From Dicyema japonicum (taxonomy: Eukaryota; Animalia; Dicyemida): a DNA stretch of 33,000 bases. Shown here piece by piece: positions 11,222 through 23,104 of the stretch. The DNA lies in contig RDEW01000059.1 in the NCBI GenBank assembly GCA_011109175.1, positions 1 to 33,000 on the forward strand. Reading direction: 5' to 3'. The notes beneath the pieces were generated by a model. That model saw nothing but the letters and a program-made list of their open reading frames with translations. It searched no databases and was not told the DNA's origin. A program made the position numbers and the translations under genes. Within the stretch, counting starts at the first letter, position 1, and each line of letters opens with the position of its first letter.

Positions 11222-12708
11222 TTAAGGATGATAGAATGAGTAAGTTTCAAGAAGCATTAAAACCAATTGTGAATTGAGTAGTATTTGCTTAGTGTCCACG
11301 TGCTCACTAGAGAGGAGTAAGTTTATAATGTCAGTGTGGAATAACATGGCATTACAAAATATCTGACATATTAAATCATTAATTTTAATTTTTGATTTCA
11401 CATTCGTGTATTCTTCGGAATTTAGTTTATACAGGTGGAAGGTGAACAACATCACAAAGTTATATGCATTCATGTGTCCCTTAAATTCATTAAGAGAAAT
11501 AGTCGACCCTGTTGTCGCTTTAGCGCTAATGAATGTCTCTAATTTGGTCAAAATTTGTTGGAAGGCCTCGAATACACAATTTGTGTTTTTTGACTTTTTG
11601 CTTATGTTTTTGCTGTTTTCATACGTAAAATACTTGACCATATTTAAAGCCTCCGTAAAATCACCATTAGACTCTCCAACGAATGCGAAAATAAGCATTT
11701 TATCAAAATTGTCATTCGAAGAAATTACTAGCAAGTCGTTCATGTTGAGTGATCCAACTGAATAGGATGATAATTTCTGAAGGGATAGGGCCATCTGAAT
11801 GAGAAAGTAAAAGACTGAGGTTATCCCAAACTTCTCATACTTTTCCTTCAAACTCCATTGCTCAAAGGTTCGAATGGAGTTAGCCTTTACTTTAACTCCA
11901 TAATTGTACGAATTCTTGTTTTTCTTAGTCTTTATGACCACTGATTGTATCACATCTTCAAACGAGTCAAGCAATACGAACTCTTTATCCGACAACTGGA
12001 ATTATTCTAAGAAATACAATTTGGAAGACTCCGTCCTTCTTAGAGAACCAAACAATGTAATTCTCAGTGCCAGCGACTATTTTGTAGTTACTAGAAAACG
12101 ATATATATGATTCAAAATAGAGAGTTTGCATTTTTGTGATTGTACTGTTCAGTAGTGTTAGTTTTTCTATTATTCTGCAGAAATTGAATTCTATTTCTCC
12201 CTCAAAGTCGATTTTCTCTAACAAAATGTTCAACAATTCACTGGATCCGTAATATTCAATCAGATCACTCAGATTGCTGTCATCAATCAGACTTTTCTCT
12301 CTTAATGATTTGATAGAGAGTACCTCCTCTGGCATCTCATAAACAGTCTAAAATTAGGATTTAATCCTTAATACTGATTCGACGTCATTCTTAATCTTAT
12401 ATAATCACAAATATTACCTGTTTATGTATTATGGACACAGGACCCAATATACGGACAGAATTAGGTCTCCTCCTTATTTCCATGAAATCTAATAATCATC
12501 AAACACAACCCAAAGTAGCATCCACCACATCACAAGATACATTCTCTGCCTATAATAGTAAAATATGACTGACTAGATCAGAATCATCTTCTTTTGACGG
12601 ACAAGAGAATTTGAGTTCATTGAGTTCAGCCTTGTGTTTGCTAATGTCCCTCTGACAGTCTTGACAAAAGTTAGGTTTCCAAATGTTCCCCTTAAATCTG
12701 GTGCACAT
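11222..12708 (-). CDS. PEAK1: PEAK1/Pragmin (SgK269/SgK223)-family pseudokinase, 456 aa, 6 exons
   Basis: Introns 12550-12573 (24 nt), 12489-12509 (21), 12396-12417 (22), 12348-12374 (27) and 11996-12017 (22) give a continuous frame. N-terminus MCTRFKGNIWKPNFCQDCQRDISKH resembles PEAK1 CNTFTEHVWKPGECKNCFKPKSLH; also YGVKV, FYFLIQMALSLQKL..LNMNDLLV (no HRD) and INDLICQIF (cf. LEDWLCCQYL). Confidence 0.75.
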
Positions 12709-12869
12709 GCTTATTATCGATAATATACGGCAAATATATTATTATTCATATTTCAACGCTATTATCGGTTTAGACATGATATTGCTAACAATCATTATAA
12801 TTAATACTACAAATTATAGTGAGCAAATCAAATAAATTATTCATTATTATTGAATAAATTATTCATTAT

Positions 12870-13690
12870 ATGGAACCGAAATTGTGTGTTCTACGAGCAA
12901 TATTACTTTCTACAAAGGCGGATGAACAAAAGAAATGCGATAAATCAGTCCGAGACTCTATCCCAGGTAGATTTGGCCGTATTCCCCGGAAAGGATGGAA
13001 TGTCATCCTGGAGACCTTCAAGTCTAAATTCGATGAAGATATAGCAGAGTCTTAGTTTAGGAAGCTCTTATACATTCAAAGACGCCGACAAGTACCCAGT
13101 GAGCAATTGGCTCAGGATCCTGTTGAAGATGGTGCACCTAAATTTAATTCACCTTCCCTGTACCCCAAATTATACGATCACTGCCGGCGCACATTTATGG
13201 AACAATTGATAATTGCCGAGCAAATTGAACCAAAAAGATTCTTTATGTAAAGATTGACAATAACTTACTGGAGTGTTTGAACGGTGTCATTAGCCAATGG
13301 GTTAAAAAGAAGTCGATCTTCTATGGATCAAATTTCTACTCTTATTTATGCTGATCAAGTTACATATCAGATTATTTCAGTGAAAAAAATGAGCCATCAA
13401 AATGGAAAGAGAATATAGAGAAATTGAATAGTGGAAATTATTTCCTATGCTAACTAAAAAAGTTTTTATGAAGACTTTGTCAACCGAGAAAAAACCTATG
13501 GCTTGTCACGCATTATCGTTAGTGGGATATAAAATGAAAAACCATGGTGAAAGAGCGAGGATTACGTCGTACATTGAAGATAAAATTAAAATTCCGAAAA
13601 AAAATTTTGAGTATTTGAGTCCCGCAAGAATTTCCGCCTTGATAATCTAAACTTCGAATTAAAGAAGATCATTTCACGGAAACCTAACCC
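12870..13690 (+). mobile_element. R4/Dong-like (RLE-type) non-LTR element, degenerate N-terminal region
   Basis: Frameshifted segments IDNNLLECLNGVISQWV, SMDQISTLIYADQVTYQ, EPSKWKENIEK, FELKKIISR/RRSFHG resemble the pre-RT region of R4-type elements; multiple stops. Confidence 0.55.
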
Positions 13691-13902
13691 CTACGGCAAA
13701 TAATGAAGGTGTTTTTTGGTTCAATAAATTTAAAATTAAAAATTTAAGCAATTTAAAATTTATGAAAGTTGGTTTTTACCCGTAGGAGATTAAATTTAGC
13801 ATTCTAAGATAGTCGAGTTGTTAATCGGATTTTTGGGATTATGAAAAAATGAATGAATTAAAGTGGTCATTAATGGTTCCGGGATATATTAATTTATTCA
13901 TA

Positions 13903-14150
13903 TTATTTATTTAGGAACTTCAAGATCAAGAAAGAAAGTGTCAAAATCAAGTGATCAGGACTCTCCTTTAGTAATCCACCAGCGATCCCACCTTCTTCCC
14001 AAAGTATCTTATCAAATTTATGGAAAGGAACTTGATTTGGGTTTTCTTCAGGTCTTAAATGAATTTTTCCACACGAATCTTGCTCCAAATTCTTTTTTGG
14101 TTTTCTGCAGAACTTCAAGAAACCTTGGCCATTGTTTCGAGAGTACCAAA
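13903..14150 (-). mobile_element. 3' end of a Jockey/I-like LINE with (TAAA)n tail
   Basis: aatggccaaggtttcttgaagttctgcag matches aatggccaaggtttcttacgtttctgcaag in the 28290-29140 element; ends in taaataaataata. Confidence 0.65.
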
Positions 14151-14752
14151 TGATGCTTAAAATTATAACAGAGAATTTAACAAATTAATACTTTACGAGT
14201 TAATCACAAAAAGTACTGAATAAGTTACTATGAAAAATTATAAGCAAATTTATACGTTTGCTTAAATTTATAAGCTTCGTGGTCCTACTTGAATATGCAT
14301 AAGTCTCCAATGTGAGATTAGTTATAATGTCAAAACTAAAAGACAATATTACCCCCACACAATGAATAATTTTCAGACTTTTTTTCCCTCTGTTTAATGA
14401 TATTTTTCATAAAACAGGTAGTAATCGTCAGATTTTCGCAACTACAGTCTTACATTAATCCTAAAATAGTAAATTTTCTCATTTAGGCGTCAAAATTGAA
14501 AAAGTGAAGTATGCAGTAACCCAAAAGAGTGGTAAATGAGAAAAATTTAATATAATAATTTATTATTAATCCTTATTGAAGATCAGGTTATTCAGCATAA
14601 ATATTATTATCACCTCTTCCTCCGATGAGTAGTATTGGTTCTATCCTCATCTCAGTTTAGTAATAACTCACACTTTATTTAAGAAGTGAAGTCACGCTAA
14701 TTTATCCAAAAAATTCGAGGTGCTCTTTACTTTTTTTCTTTTAGTTATTAAT

Positions 14753-14790
14753 CACTGATGACGGGGTCACTCGTCAATCCCAGAAGCATC
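14753..14790 (-). mobile_element. SINE core fragment (copy D)
   Basis: Reverse complement gatgcttctgggattgacgagtgaccccgtcatcagtg matches the SINE core. Confidence 0.75.
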
Positions 14791-14792
14791 TT

Positions 14793-15480
14793 AGATTATT
14801 ATTATTATTAAAAACCAAAAATCACCGACAAATTAAATAACTACATAGTCGTCGAGTAGCCATCTCATTCTTGCTCGGTGTTCTTCCCGGACTCCAACGC
14901 ATTTCCGGATTGGGCGGGGTTTCTAATTTTTTGGAGGGTAGTAAGGCTCCGGTTTTCCTCACTAATTCCTCAAAAGGTGTAGGGTTTAGAGGTGTCCAAA
15001 AAAACCTTTGCAAAGTTTTACTGGCCATTTTTTGGAAGGTATTGATTTTTTCTATATTCCTGTTTGATAGGTTGGTTCCCCATGCAGCATACCCGTAAGT
15101 TAGAGACGGTTGAATATACTGCACGTAGAGCGAGTTCAAATTTGAGTTGAAACACCCCTTATATTGTTCAAGGATTGTTTTAACAAAATTTAGCTTTCGT
15201 TGTGCCGAGGAGATGACGTTGTCGGTGTGTTTGCTGTAAGTCATCGTAGATGCGTAGAACATTCGACCGGAGTAGACTGTTGCAGATTCGAACCGTGTGG
15301 ATTTTGGATAAAATTTTTTGTAATTTGGCAAGATCGGAATCTGACCATAGTCATTTAAAAAAGAATTTTATTTTCAACAACTCAAAGTCGATAAGAAATA
15401 ATAAGCCAGGAAATAAAAATGAGTTTGGAGTGAGACTGGAATGGTCAATAAATATGAAACACCATATTACCTTTATAAAT
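14793..15480 (-). mobile_element. Jockey/I-like LINE, RT C-terminal part with (TAA)n tail
   Basis: ORF 14822-15331: MTYSKHTDNVISSAQRKLNFVK..YVQYIQPSLTYGYAAWG..KINTFQKMA; (TAA)n tail near 14795-14810. Confidence 0.8.
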
Positions 15481-16239
15481 GTGAAATCTATCATCAAATG
15501 AGAATTATCTATTCATGTAGATAAATTTTCAATGATATTTATGCAAGCCTCATATACGGCTGGTATTTTTGATTTGGCATCCAACTCATATCTCAATTTA
15601 TGGCGTGTTTGGACTCAGCAAGTCAAAATTTAGCGAAAAGTAACGATGACTGATCATGAAGAGTAACTCACATTGCATGCTCAATGCCTGCATGCCTTAT
15701 TTATTGTCGTATGTCATAGCTTTGATACTGTCCGGGTTGATAAGACAGTTTATCAATTGAAATCATCTTAAGTTTTTTTTAGGGATCGAACTTTTTTCCT
15801 TAAAAAACGAAAAATCTTATTTTGAGTCAATAAAGAGATTAAGCGTGAAAAAAAAGTTGAAAATAGCTAGGATGAGGGATCAATCTCCTGGAAACACTAA
15901 TGCCAGAAAGATCAGTGAGGATAGTAAAGCCAACACGGAACGAGCGGAACCTTATCAATAAAGCGAATAAAAATTGATATTGGAGTACAGACCGATGGAC
16001 CCCCAGTGATCTCCGTATACAGTTTGTCCCAAGCCCAATCTGTAAACACACCAGCAAATATAGAAGATCCTAATGAACTGGAATAGCCAATATTAGAAAG
16101 AAATGTTCATTAATAGGAGCGATTTCAATTGTTGACCAATTTTTTCAAAACAATAAAATATGACAAAAACTAAGAATGATGCAAAATTGTTACTTGGTTT
16201 GGTGACGCTCTTAAGAAAAAAAGTCGCAAAAAATCATAT

Positions 16240-16440
16240 GCAATAAAAATCACCCTAATCAACGCTCACTCTCTCAACAAGCGGGAGTCAGAGCTAGTGG
16301 CAATTCCCAGTGTAGTCCAGATGAATGTTTTAGTAGTAAATAGACAAAAATAAGAACCCTGGTGTATTTAAATTCACTGACTACCGCACAATTGATATCC
16401 CTTGGAGTGGTTCTAATCGGAATGGATTTACTGTTAGTAA
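16240..16440 (+). mobile_element. APE endonuclease N-terminal relic of a LINE
   Basis: ITLINAHSLNKRESEL..NVLVV matches the EEP-domain start motif (NARSL.NK..EL); degenerates afterwards. Confidence 0.5.
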
Positions 16441-16483
16441 ATAGTTATATTGGGTAATTTAAAAAATAGATTTATAATAATGT

Positions 16484-18631
16484 CTAATTTTTTATCCACT
16501 TAATGGGCACCCACTGAGGAACGGAATCTACTTTTTTGGCCGCATGCATGATTTGATTGATTGTGTATGACAGATTCCGGTTAATGATGACTTCGTCAAT
16601 ATACCTTCCATATTTGTCCTCTATGAAACGTCCCTTGTCAATAATATCCCGTAATTCTAATTCTCCAATGTCAGGTAATTGCTCTCGCAGAACCTGAATG
16701 TTCGGGGGACATATAAATACAACATATGGAAAGAAGGATGTCTCCTGGATTCCCCTCAATGACTAAACTCAGATTTCCCCCAAACCTGACAATCACTGCA
16801 ATGAACAACACAATGTCTTCCAGTTGGAATGACCTTTCTAATGGAGGATATCATAGTGCCGTATAAACATTTTTCTTTTGCAGAGAAAGAATGTTCAAAG
16901 AATTTATTATATGAGATTGATTTTTTGAAATTTTTATTCGAAATGAAATTGAAGTGAATGCTGTCTATTTCGCTAATTTTTCTTTTCGTGTTGTATCTAA
17001 TAAAATAGAAACGAACAATACGTTTTATTGGCTTTGTGAATAAATCTGAATATGTCTTCAACAAATTGTCGATTATGTTGGACAGAGTGTCATCGTCTGG
17101 TCCAATCAAAATGATCACGGACTTGTTTTGATTATCTGGATAATGTAGAACGACTTCTTCATAGGATGGTAATATATCCAGATTATCAATATTACTACCA
17201 GAATAGTTCTCAGTCTCTTAAACAAACTCGCATATTTATTTTTCATTTCTATGGCTCTCCGTTTCTTCTCCCGTTCACGACTATGATAAATTAGATGAGA
17301 AACTAATGCTGCATTGAAGGACTTGGAATTATCCCGTAAATACTGTCTCCACTATCTTCATCTTGTCTGACCTGCCACCAATGTTCGTCAGAAGTGTCTA
17401 TCACTGCCAAGATGGATCTCTTCCCGAATGAAATTCCTAGCTCAACACACGGAATCTCCTCATCGTCCTCAGGATTGTACGTAAATAATGTCCTCAAATA
17501 CATCTTTCAATCGTAAATTTGTAATATACGTAAGAAGGTTCAGAACGATCTTTGTGGACTCTGTTGTTCTGCAATATAACGAATTTTAAATCTCCACGTA
17601 ACCGTCTCTTGCTTGTTTAGTCAATAAAGGAACCAATATTAGCTGAGCTTCATCAACAGTAGTCCCCGTCAAACGAGTTCCGGATACTGAAATCAATTCG
17701 TCCCTCACATTTAGCAATCCTAAGAATCACTCCCTCCTCAAACCTGACTGGTCAACCTGTCCCCCTGAGACTATTCTACTGACAAAAGTTGAACCCATCT
17801 CGTTCTCAATAGTCATACCCTGTCATTTCATATCCATAATACCATCAGTTCCCCATTCTTCTGCAGAGATATTACCTTCAAAAGTCCCGGATCATTCAAA
17901 TCGTTTTTGGTGGCGAATATAGAATGAACAAGTCCGACAATCTCGAATATGTTCTTTTTTAATTTTAATACTACTTTCATATGCACGTGGTTTATTAGGA
18001 GAAACAGTTCTTTGACATCATTTGAAAGTGGTTCAGAAGGTGGAATCGTCTTCCCGTCAAGGTATTGGTTAAGACTGGCGACAGTCTCTGTGATATCCTT
18101 CATTTTGCCAGTTTAAGGGATTTATTTCATTAATCTGCAACTCACAAAATTTGTGTACATTCACTACTCTACCGTGCAGGTCGATGCAATTTCTAATCTC
18201 CTCCAAGTTTAGGAATGACTCTATCTCTGAGAAATATCCTCTTTCCTCATCAGTAACAAGAGATTCTACTTCCTTGAGCCAATCCTTGATAACAAACTTG
18301 TCTATCATAGTAATTTTGCAGATTACCAATATTTTTAGTGATTAACTTTCCATTGCACAAATTCTTGCCCACTAAGTCTGATGATTTATTGTTAAAGTAG
18401 TCATAATTCTCAACTCCACCATCGACCTCTGACAAATTTAGGTGAGATTATGATACCTGTGATTTCTCCATTTATGAGTCTTCGCATTTTGGTTGAGTGT
18501 CTGAGTGACCTGCGAAGTTCTTGATTTGAGGAAGCAAGACGTTGTTTTTGTTCGAGTTGGGAGAAATTTTCATTTATGCACATGCTTTCCTGAAGTTGGT
18601 CTTTTTCGATGGTTAGTTTTTGTTTGATCAT
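16484..18631 (-). CDS. MPP5: MAGUK p55 subfamily, MPP5/PALS1/Stardust-like (L27-L27-PDZ-SH3-GK)
   Basis: About 10 introns of 21-28 nt. PDZ GMTIENEMGSTFVSRIVSGG..GLL; SH3 YNPEDDEEIPCVELGISF..WWQ; GK ILPSYEEV..LIGP, HTTR, PYVVFICPP and C-terminal PQWVPIKW. One-base discontinuities near 16983-16986, about 17220 and about 18112. Confidence 0.9.
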
Positions 18632-18921
18632 TATATTCGTTATAAACTAGTCTTGATTTGTTTCCGTAGTTTCTATTATTACAATTATTACAATTAATTT
18701 TTAAAATCACAACAAAAATATTATTTAATTAGAAAGTAAATTATAATTTTTAGTTTTCCTCTAAATTTTAAAAGATTTGTCGATATTCGATAATTCCAAC
18801 TGAGTTAATCAATAAATTTAGAGGAGTAAACTTACCGTCCATAAAGACATCAAAACTTAACTATCTGTAGCTCTCAGTCACACAACAACGAAAATCTTGA
18901 AATGTAGTTAATAAATGAGAA

Positions 18922-19619
18922 TTATAATTTATATTTTGGAATTAGTCCAAGGTCAACTAGGAATTGTTTGTCTGCTTTCATGATTCTCGCTATTTTGTTG
19001 TGGCATTTTTCCCGAGTTTGCTTTATTTTCACCAACAGATTGTCGATGGTGTTCTTTAATGACTAAATAGTCATACATTGAATATATTCTCAAATTCCTT
19101 TTCCATTCCATTAATTTTATCCTTCAAACTTTCAATCTCTGAATTTAGGTCTTCTGTAGTCTTCCTGTGAGTTTTCTCCATTTCTTTTATTATATTGTCC
19201 TTGTTCTCTGCACATGTTATTCCATATTAACCAATCTCTGCTTTAGCATTTCGTAATTCTTGTTGAAGGATTGCTACCTTTTCATCAGAACTTGTTTGCA
19301 ACGTCTTGAATTCCCGTATTAGATCTATTTTTACTAAATTGACTAACTTGCATTAACTGACTTGTAGTTCTCGTCCTGTTTGGAAAGTTCCCCCTTCATT
19401 CCTTTTAATTGCTGTTTGCATTCATCTATGGTCCATTTGTTTAGATTCTTCTTATGACGTTCATTCACTTCATTTATAATTTATGATAACCAATCTCGTT
19501 CTTTAGAATGAAAACTTCTCCCGTTAGTTTCTTTTGCTTTTCTAAAAGCTGTTGAGGATCTGAAATTTTTGCTTAAAATTACTTAAAGGTTTTTTCTGCT
19601 TTCCTTTATTTGTCTTCAT
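18922..19619 (-). CDS. CCDC153: Dynein regulatory complex subunit 12 (coiled coil), 6 exons
   Basis: Five GT-AG introns (23,23,23,24,23 nt) give a clean frame: MKTNKGKQKKPL..MEKEFENIFN|NTIDNLLVKIK..LVDLGLIP (cf. human [20 protein letters not shown]..FGLTP); all exons are too short for the ORF track. Confidence 0.8.
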
Positions 19620-19859
19620 TTTAGTCTCCTTGGTTTTTAAATAATTTACAATTGATTTATAAATTATTTTTTATTATTTAAAATTTATAATTAAGATTTA
19701 CGGAAATTTAAAAACATTTAACAGAGAGCGATAATACGAGAGCCAGGACTCACACTTTATTATAAATTTATTATAATTAATCATTGGAAGGCTCCAAGGA
19801 ATGGATCGATTATCGACAGCGACCACAAAATGGCGACCAGTATTTAATTTTAATTACTT

Positions 19860-20715
19860 TAATAATTCCCATATCTAAAGGTTGAATTACTGAACTGGTA
19901 TTTGGAGAAATGAAATTTGATATTACTTGGCTCCTCAATATTATGACTGCTAAAATTGTCCATTAACAAAAGAATGTGTCGATTTTCTTTAATAAAATTA
20001 TTATTCAGTTCATTAATATATAGTGAAAAAATGTCTTTCGTTTACCAACCTGTCTTATTTGCAACACATTTAATAATGTTTGCTTTAAGATCATATTGCT
20101 TAAAGCACCGAGGATTTTTACCAATAAATAATGGATTGCAAATTTCTCCATTCATTGAACAGCAAAACAATGCTGTAATATTTTCACTGTCTTTTTTTAT
20201 TGCATTTGATGACTGTAGTACATACGCTGTGTTGCCCTCTCAAATAAATGCATGTTTCATCACAGTATAAATATTTTCTGGAGAATAGACACGATTTAGA
20301 CAAAATGATTCTGCAAATATGAATGCAGATTCATGATCAGCACTTGCAGCTTCTCCAAATAACCGTTTATAATTCATATTATGACATTTGAATGATGAAA
20401 ACCACTGTTTTCCACCCTTGAATGAATTATCATTATGTTCTTACGCATAATTAAGTTCGAGTACTTTAATGTTAGAATAACTGAGAGCCACATTCTACGA
20501 TCTTAATTTTGAAATGGCCCAATCAAATACTCGTTCAAAGAACCAAATCTTGGAATATATTTTGTCCGGATAACGTGCCTGTTATCGAAATTTGTATATT
20601 TGTCTAAATTCTTAGCTATTCTTCCCATGACTGATTTGTTAGTTCCAAATCGTTGGGCAATTACTCTATAAGAACTTTTTTGTTCTATGATTTTCTCAGC
20701 AATCTTGTTTTTTGT
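19860..20715 (-). mobile_element. Tigger/pogo (CENP-B-like HTH + DDE) transposase, degenerate
   Basis: FKGGKQWFSSFK..RLFGEAASAD, SPENIY, ITALFCCSMNGE, ANKTGW, ILLLMDNFSSH, FSPNTSSVIQPLDMGII; stops and frameshifts. Confidence 0.9.
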
Positions 20716-20718
20716 ATT

Positions 20719-21972
20719 AAATTATGGCGAACATAACATTACAAAGGATGGAAGGACGCCTAGATACTTTTCTGTCGCTATACCACAGCGGATTCCGAAA
20801 AGGAAGATCTACTTCCGATGTTTTGTCCACAAGTGGAAATCTGCGGCCGTTCAAAAGTTCAAAATGTCTACAACCATCCTCGGAATCGACATTTCGAGGG
20901 CCTTTGACTCTGTTGACAGACGGAGGCTAATACTGGTTTTGGAAAGTTTCCTAGACGCTTCCACTGTCAGAGTAGCCACCACCCTCCTACCTGATACTTG
21001 GCTCACTGTAAGAGTCGGGGGAGCCTTGTCTCGCCGATTTAAGACGACTGTTGGCACTCCACAGGGAGACTTATTATTACCTATACTTTTTGTCATATTC
21101 CTTTAAGCTGCTTTACGAGACTCAAAACCGATAATGGGTGAAAAGACAAACATTATTGCGTATGCTGACGACGTAGACTTTATTTCAAACGACAAAATAC
21201 CGCTCACCCGATTGATGGAAGAAGTGCTGGAAGACTAGCCGAATGGTTCCTAACAGTAAATCCGGACAAGACTGAGGTAACTGAACTCAAGAGGGAAGAA
21301 ACAAGGACAGAGGAGTACTGGCGCAAGTGCAAAAAGCTTGGCTCCCTCCTAGGAGACCATGAAGAAATTACGAGAAAGAAAACCCTAGCACAAACTGCCC
21401 TCTCTAGATTAAAGAACACCTGGCTCACAAAAAAGGTTTTGACATTATAACAAAAACTCGATTATACAACTCGCTAGTGAAATCCATACTACTGTATAAC
21501 GCTGGTACTTGGACCTGCTCAAGAAATGAACTGATGAGGCTTAATGCGTTTCATAGAGATCAACTACGGCATCTGATGTTCGAAAGAAGTGATAAGATGA
21601 TGTCATCTAATCTTCTTTATAAGAGGACGAAGACCTCAGAAATTTCTAATGAGATTCTGGATACACGATGGAGGCTTTTCGGCCATATTCTGCGACTGGA
21701 CCTAGATGCCCCGCGAACGTAGCCATGGAGGATTACTTCATGTTGGAGGCCCCCCGTTTCCGTGGTCGCCCAAAAACGACACTAGCAGTCGTTCTCGACG
21801 AGGACCTCAAAGAAATAGGATGGCATCTTGGAAGTGGACAGGATCTTGACTGGTTGCCAACTGCGGCTTTGAATAGGAGGAAGTGGATGAAACTAACCAG
21901 TGATTTGCTAACTCGTGTTGCACATGTTTTGTCAAGTCCTATGACATAGCGATAAGTGCTTATAATAATAAT
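20719..21972 (+). mobile_element. 5'-truncated RTE-like LINE with (TAA)n tail
   Basis: SGFRKGRSTSD, GIDISRAFDSVDR, TPQGD, YADD, KKLGSLLGD, LLYNAGTW, RWRLFGHILR, FRGRPKTTL; tail taataataata at 21962-21972. Confidence 0.93.
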
Positions 21973-22163
21973 AGTGGTTGGCATAGTGGTTAGGTGTCGG
22001 GCTAAAGTGGCATAGGTTACTGGTTCGATTCTCGCTGTTCACCTAGTGGAAGGATGCTAAAAGGGTTTGACGAGTGACGCCGTCATCAGTGGATACTCAC
22101 TGCGGAACTGGATTGTCTAGAAAGAACCCACACACAAGAAAAAGAGAAAAAAAAGTGAAGATC
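21973..22163 (+). mobile_element. tRNA-derived SINE, copy B (intact A and B boxes)
   Basis: A box TGGCATAGTGG, B box GGTTCGATTC, same core and A-rich tail as copy A; lacks a 14-nt segment present in A. Confidence 0.88.
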
Positions 22164-22169
22164 CTCTCC

Positions 22170-23100
22170 TCAGCTTACATATTCTCAAAATCTTCCGTAA
22201 CACTAGCGTCTGTATATAAGCTTTGACCATCTCTTCCACCTGGAGACAATTCCATCCCAGGTGATGACCACAAGGATTATCTTCACCTTTACGCGATGGA
22301 TAATCTCAGGTTCGTTTGCCAGTAGGTCATACTTGTGGAACTTTTTTACCTCGACCTACTTGAGGCAGTTTTACGAAGTGATCCCAATTTCAACAAAAGT
22401 AATTGTATTTTTTGTCTTATCATAAACGAAAATTGTTATTCGCTACAGCCGTATTCGTACTGATCGTCGTGTCTACACGGATTACCAAAATTCATTTGCG
22501 ACAACAGATTGTACTGAATGGGTCTTCAGTTTCTTAGTTTTTATTATTCCATATTGACGGCAGAGATGTAGGTTTAAACATCTGACCACTTCATTATACC
22601 GCCAGAGATATGAGCTATTCATCATTCTCCCACACCTAGTTGCAAGGTGATCGACGGTCTTCTTTGCTGAATTAGTTTCTCCGTTATCAAAAAACATGTT
22701 ACGATCTTGATGTAGACACAGTCTTCCCTCGGTTATAGAGGAGTGATTTCCATGCACTAGCCATCCAGAGGATTCATAAATATTTACTTCTGTGTCTTCA
22801 ATCGGTTTCTTCTCAATTTTTCCTAATAGATATTCATGCTGTATTTCCATCAATTTCAACATCAAGTCCTTCATGTTTTCAATGTTGTACCTTCGTGAAA
22901 TGAATTCTACGATAGTAGCCACGTGTGTTATCTTTGAATAAATGACCAATAGAATTACCGCTTTTCTTAGTAATTTTCCTTATGTTCCAAGTCACCATAA
23001 AATCGGATGAGTATTCGTTCTGCTTTGTTACTGATAGACTCGAGGCATCTTACAAATTTATTTCTTTGTAGATGAAGTCTTGCTGATGGATTGAAGAGCT
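22170..23100 (-). mobile_element. R4/Dong-like non-LTR element, C-terminal zinc-knuckle + restriction-like endonuclease, degenerate
   Basis: QDRNMF, TVDHLATRC..YNEVVRCLNLHLC, THSVQSVVANE, IFVYDKTKN.ITFVEIGIT, KFHKYDLLANE, VVITWDGIV. Confidence 0.85.
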
Positions 23101-23104
23101 GCTC

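Noticed and set aside
11406-11765. ORF-track ORFs antisense to genes or TEs (e.g. 11406-11765, 14871-15098, 19956-20270, 20851-21096, 28343-28798, 32122-32304)
   Set aside because: They are shadow frames of real genes or transposases on the opposite strand, with no recognisable motifs
16965-16996. Euplotes-type frameshift at AAA-TAG in the MPP5 GK exon
   Set aside because: Spacing to the conserved E-I-D motif is correct only if the shift occurs earlier in the A-run, which fits a homopolymer error better
19054-19076. Record-short 14-nt intron (gtatgactatttag) in DRC12
   Set aside because: The next AG gives a 23-nt intron in the same frame, matching the modal length and aligning without gaps to DRC12 (EFENIFN-NTIDNLL)
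19800-19850. Tiny TE scraps (SDHKM here; KGVTRGDS at about 30745-30775)
   Set aside because: Too short to delimit or classify
21973-22050. Functional tRNA gene (also 5008-5070 and 31440-31490)
   Set aside because: A and B boxes are present, but the acceptor and anticodon stems do not pair, and the sequence continues into a shared non-tRNA body and A-rich tail, so it is a SINE head
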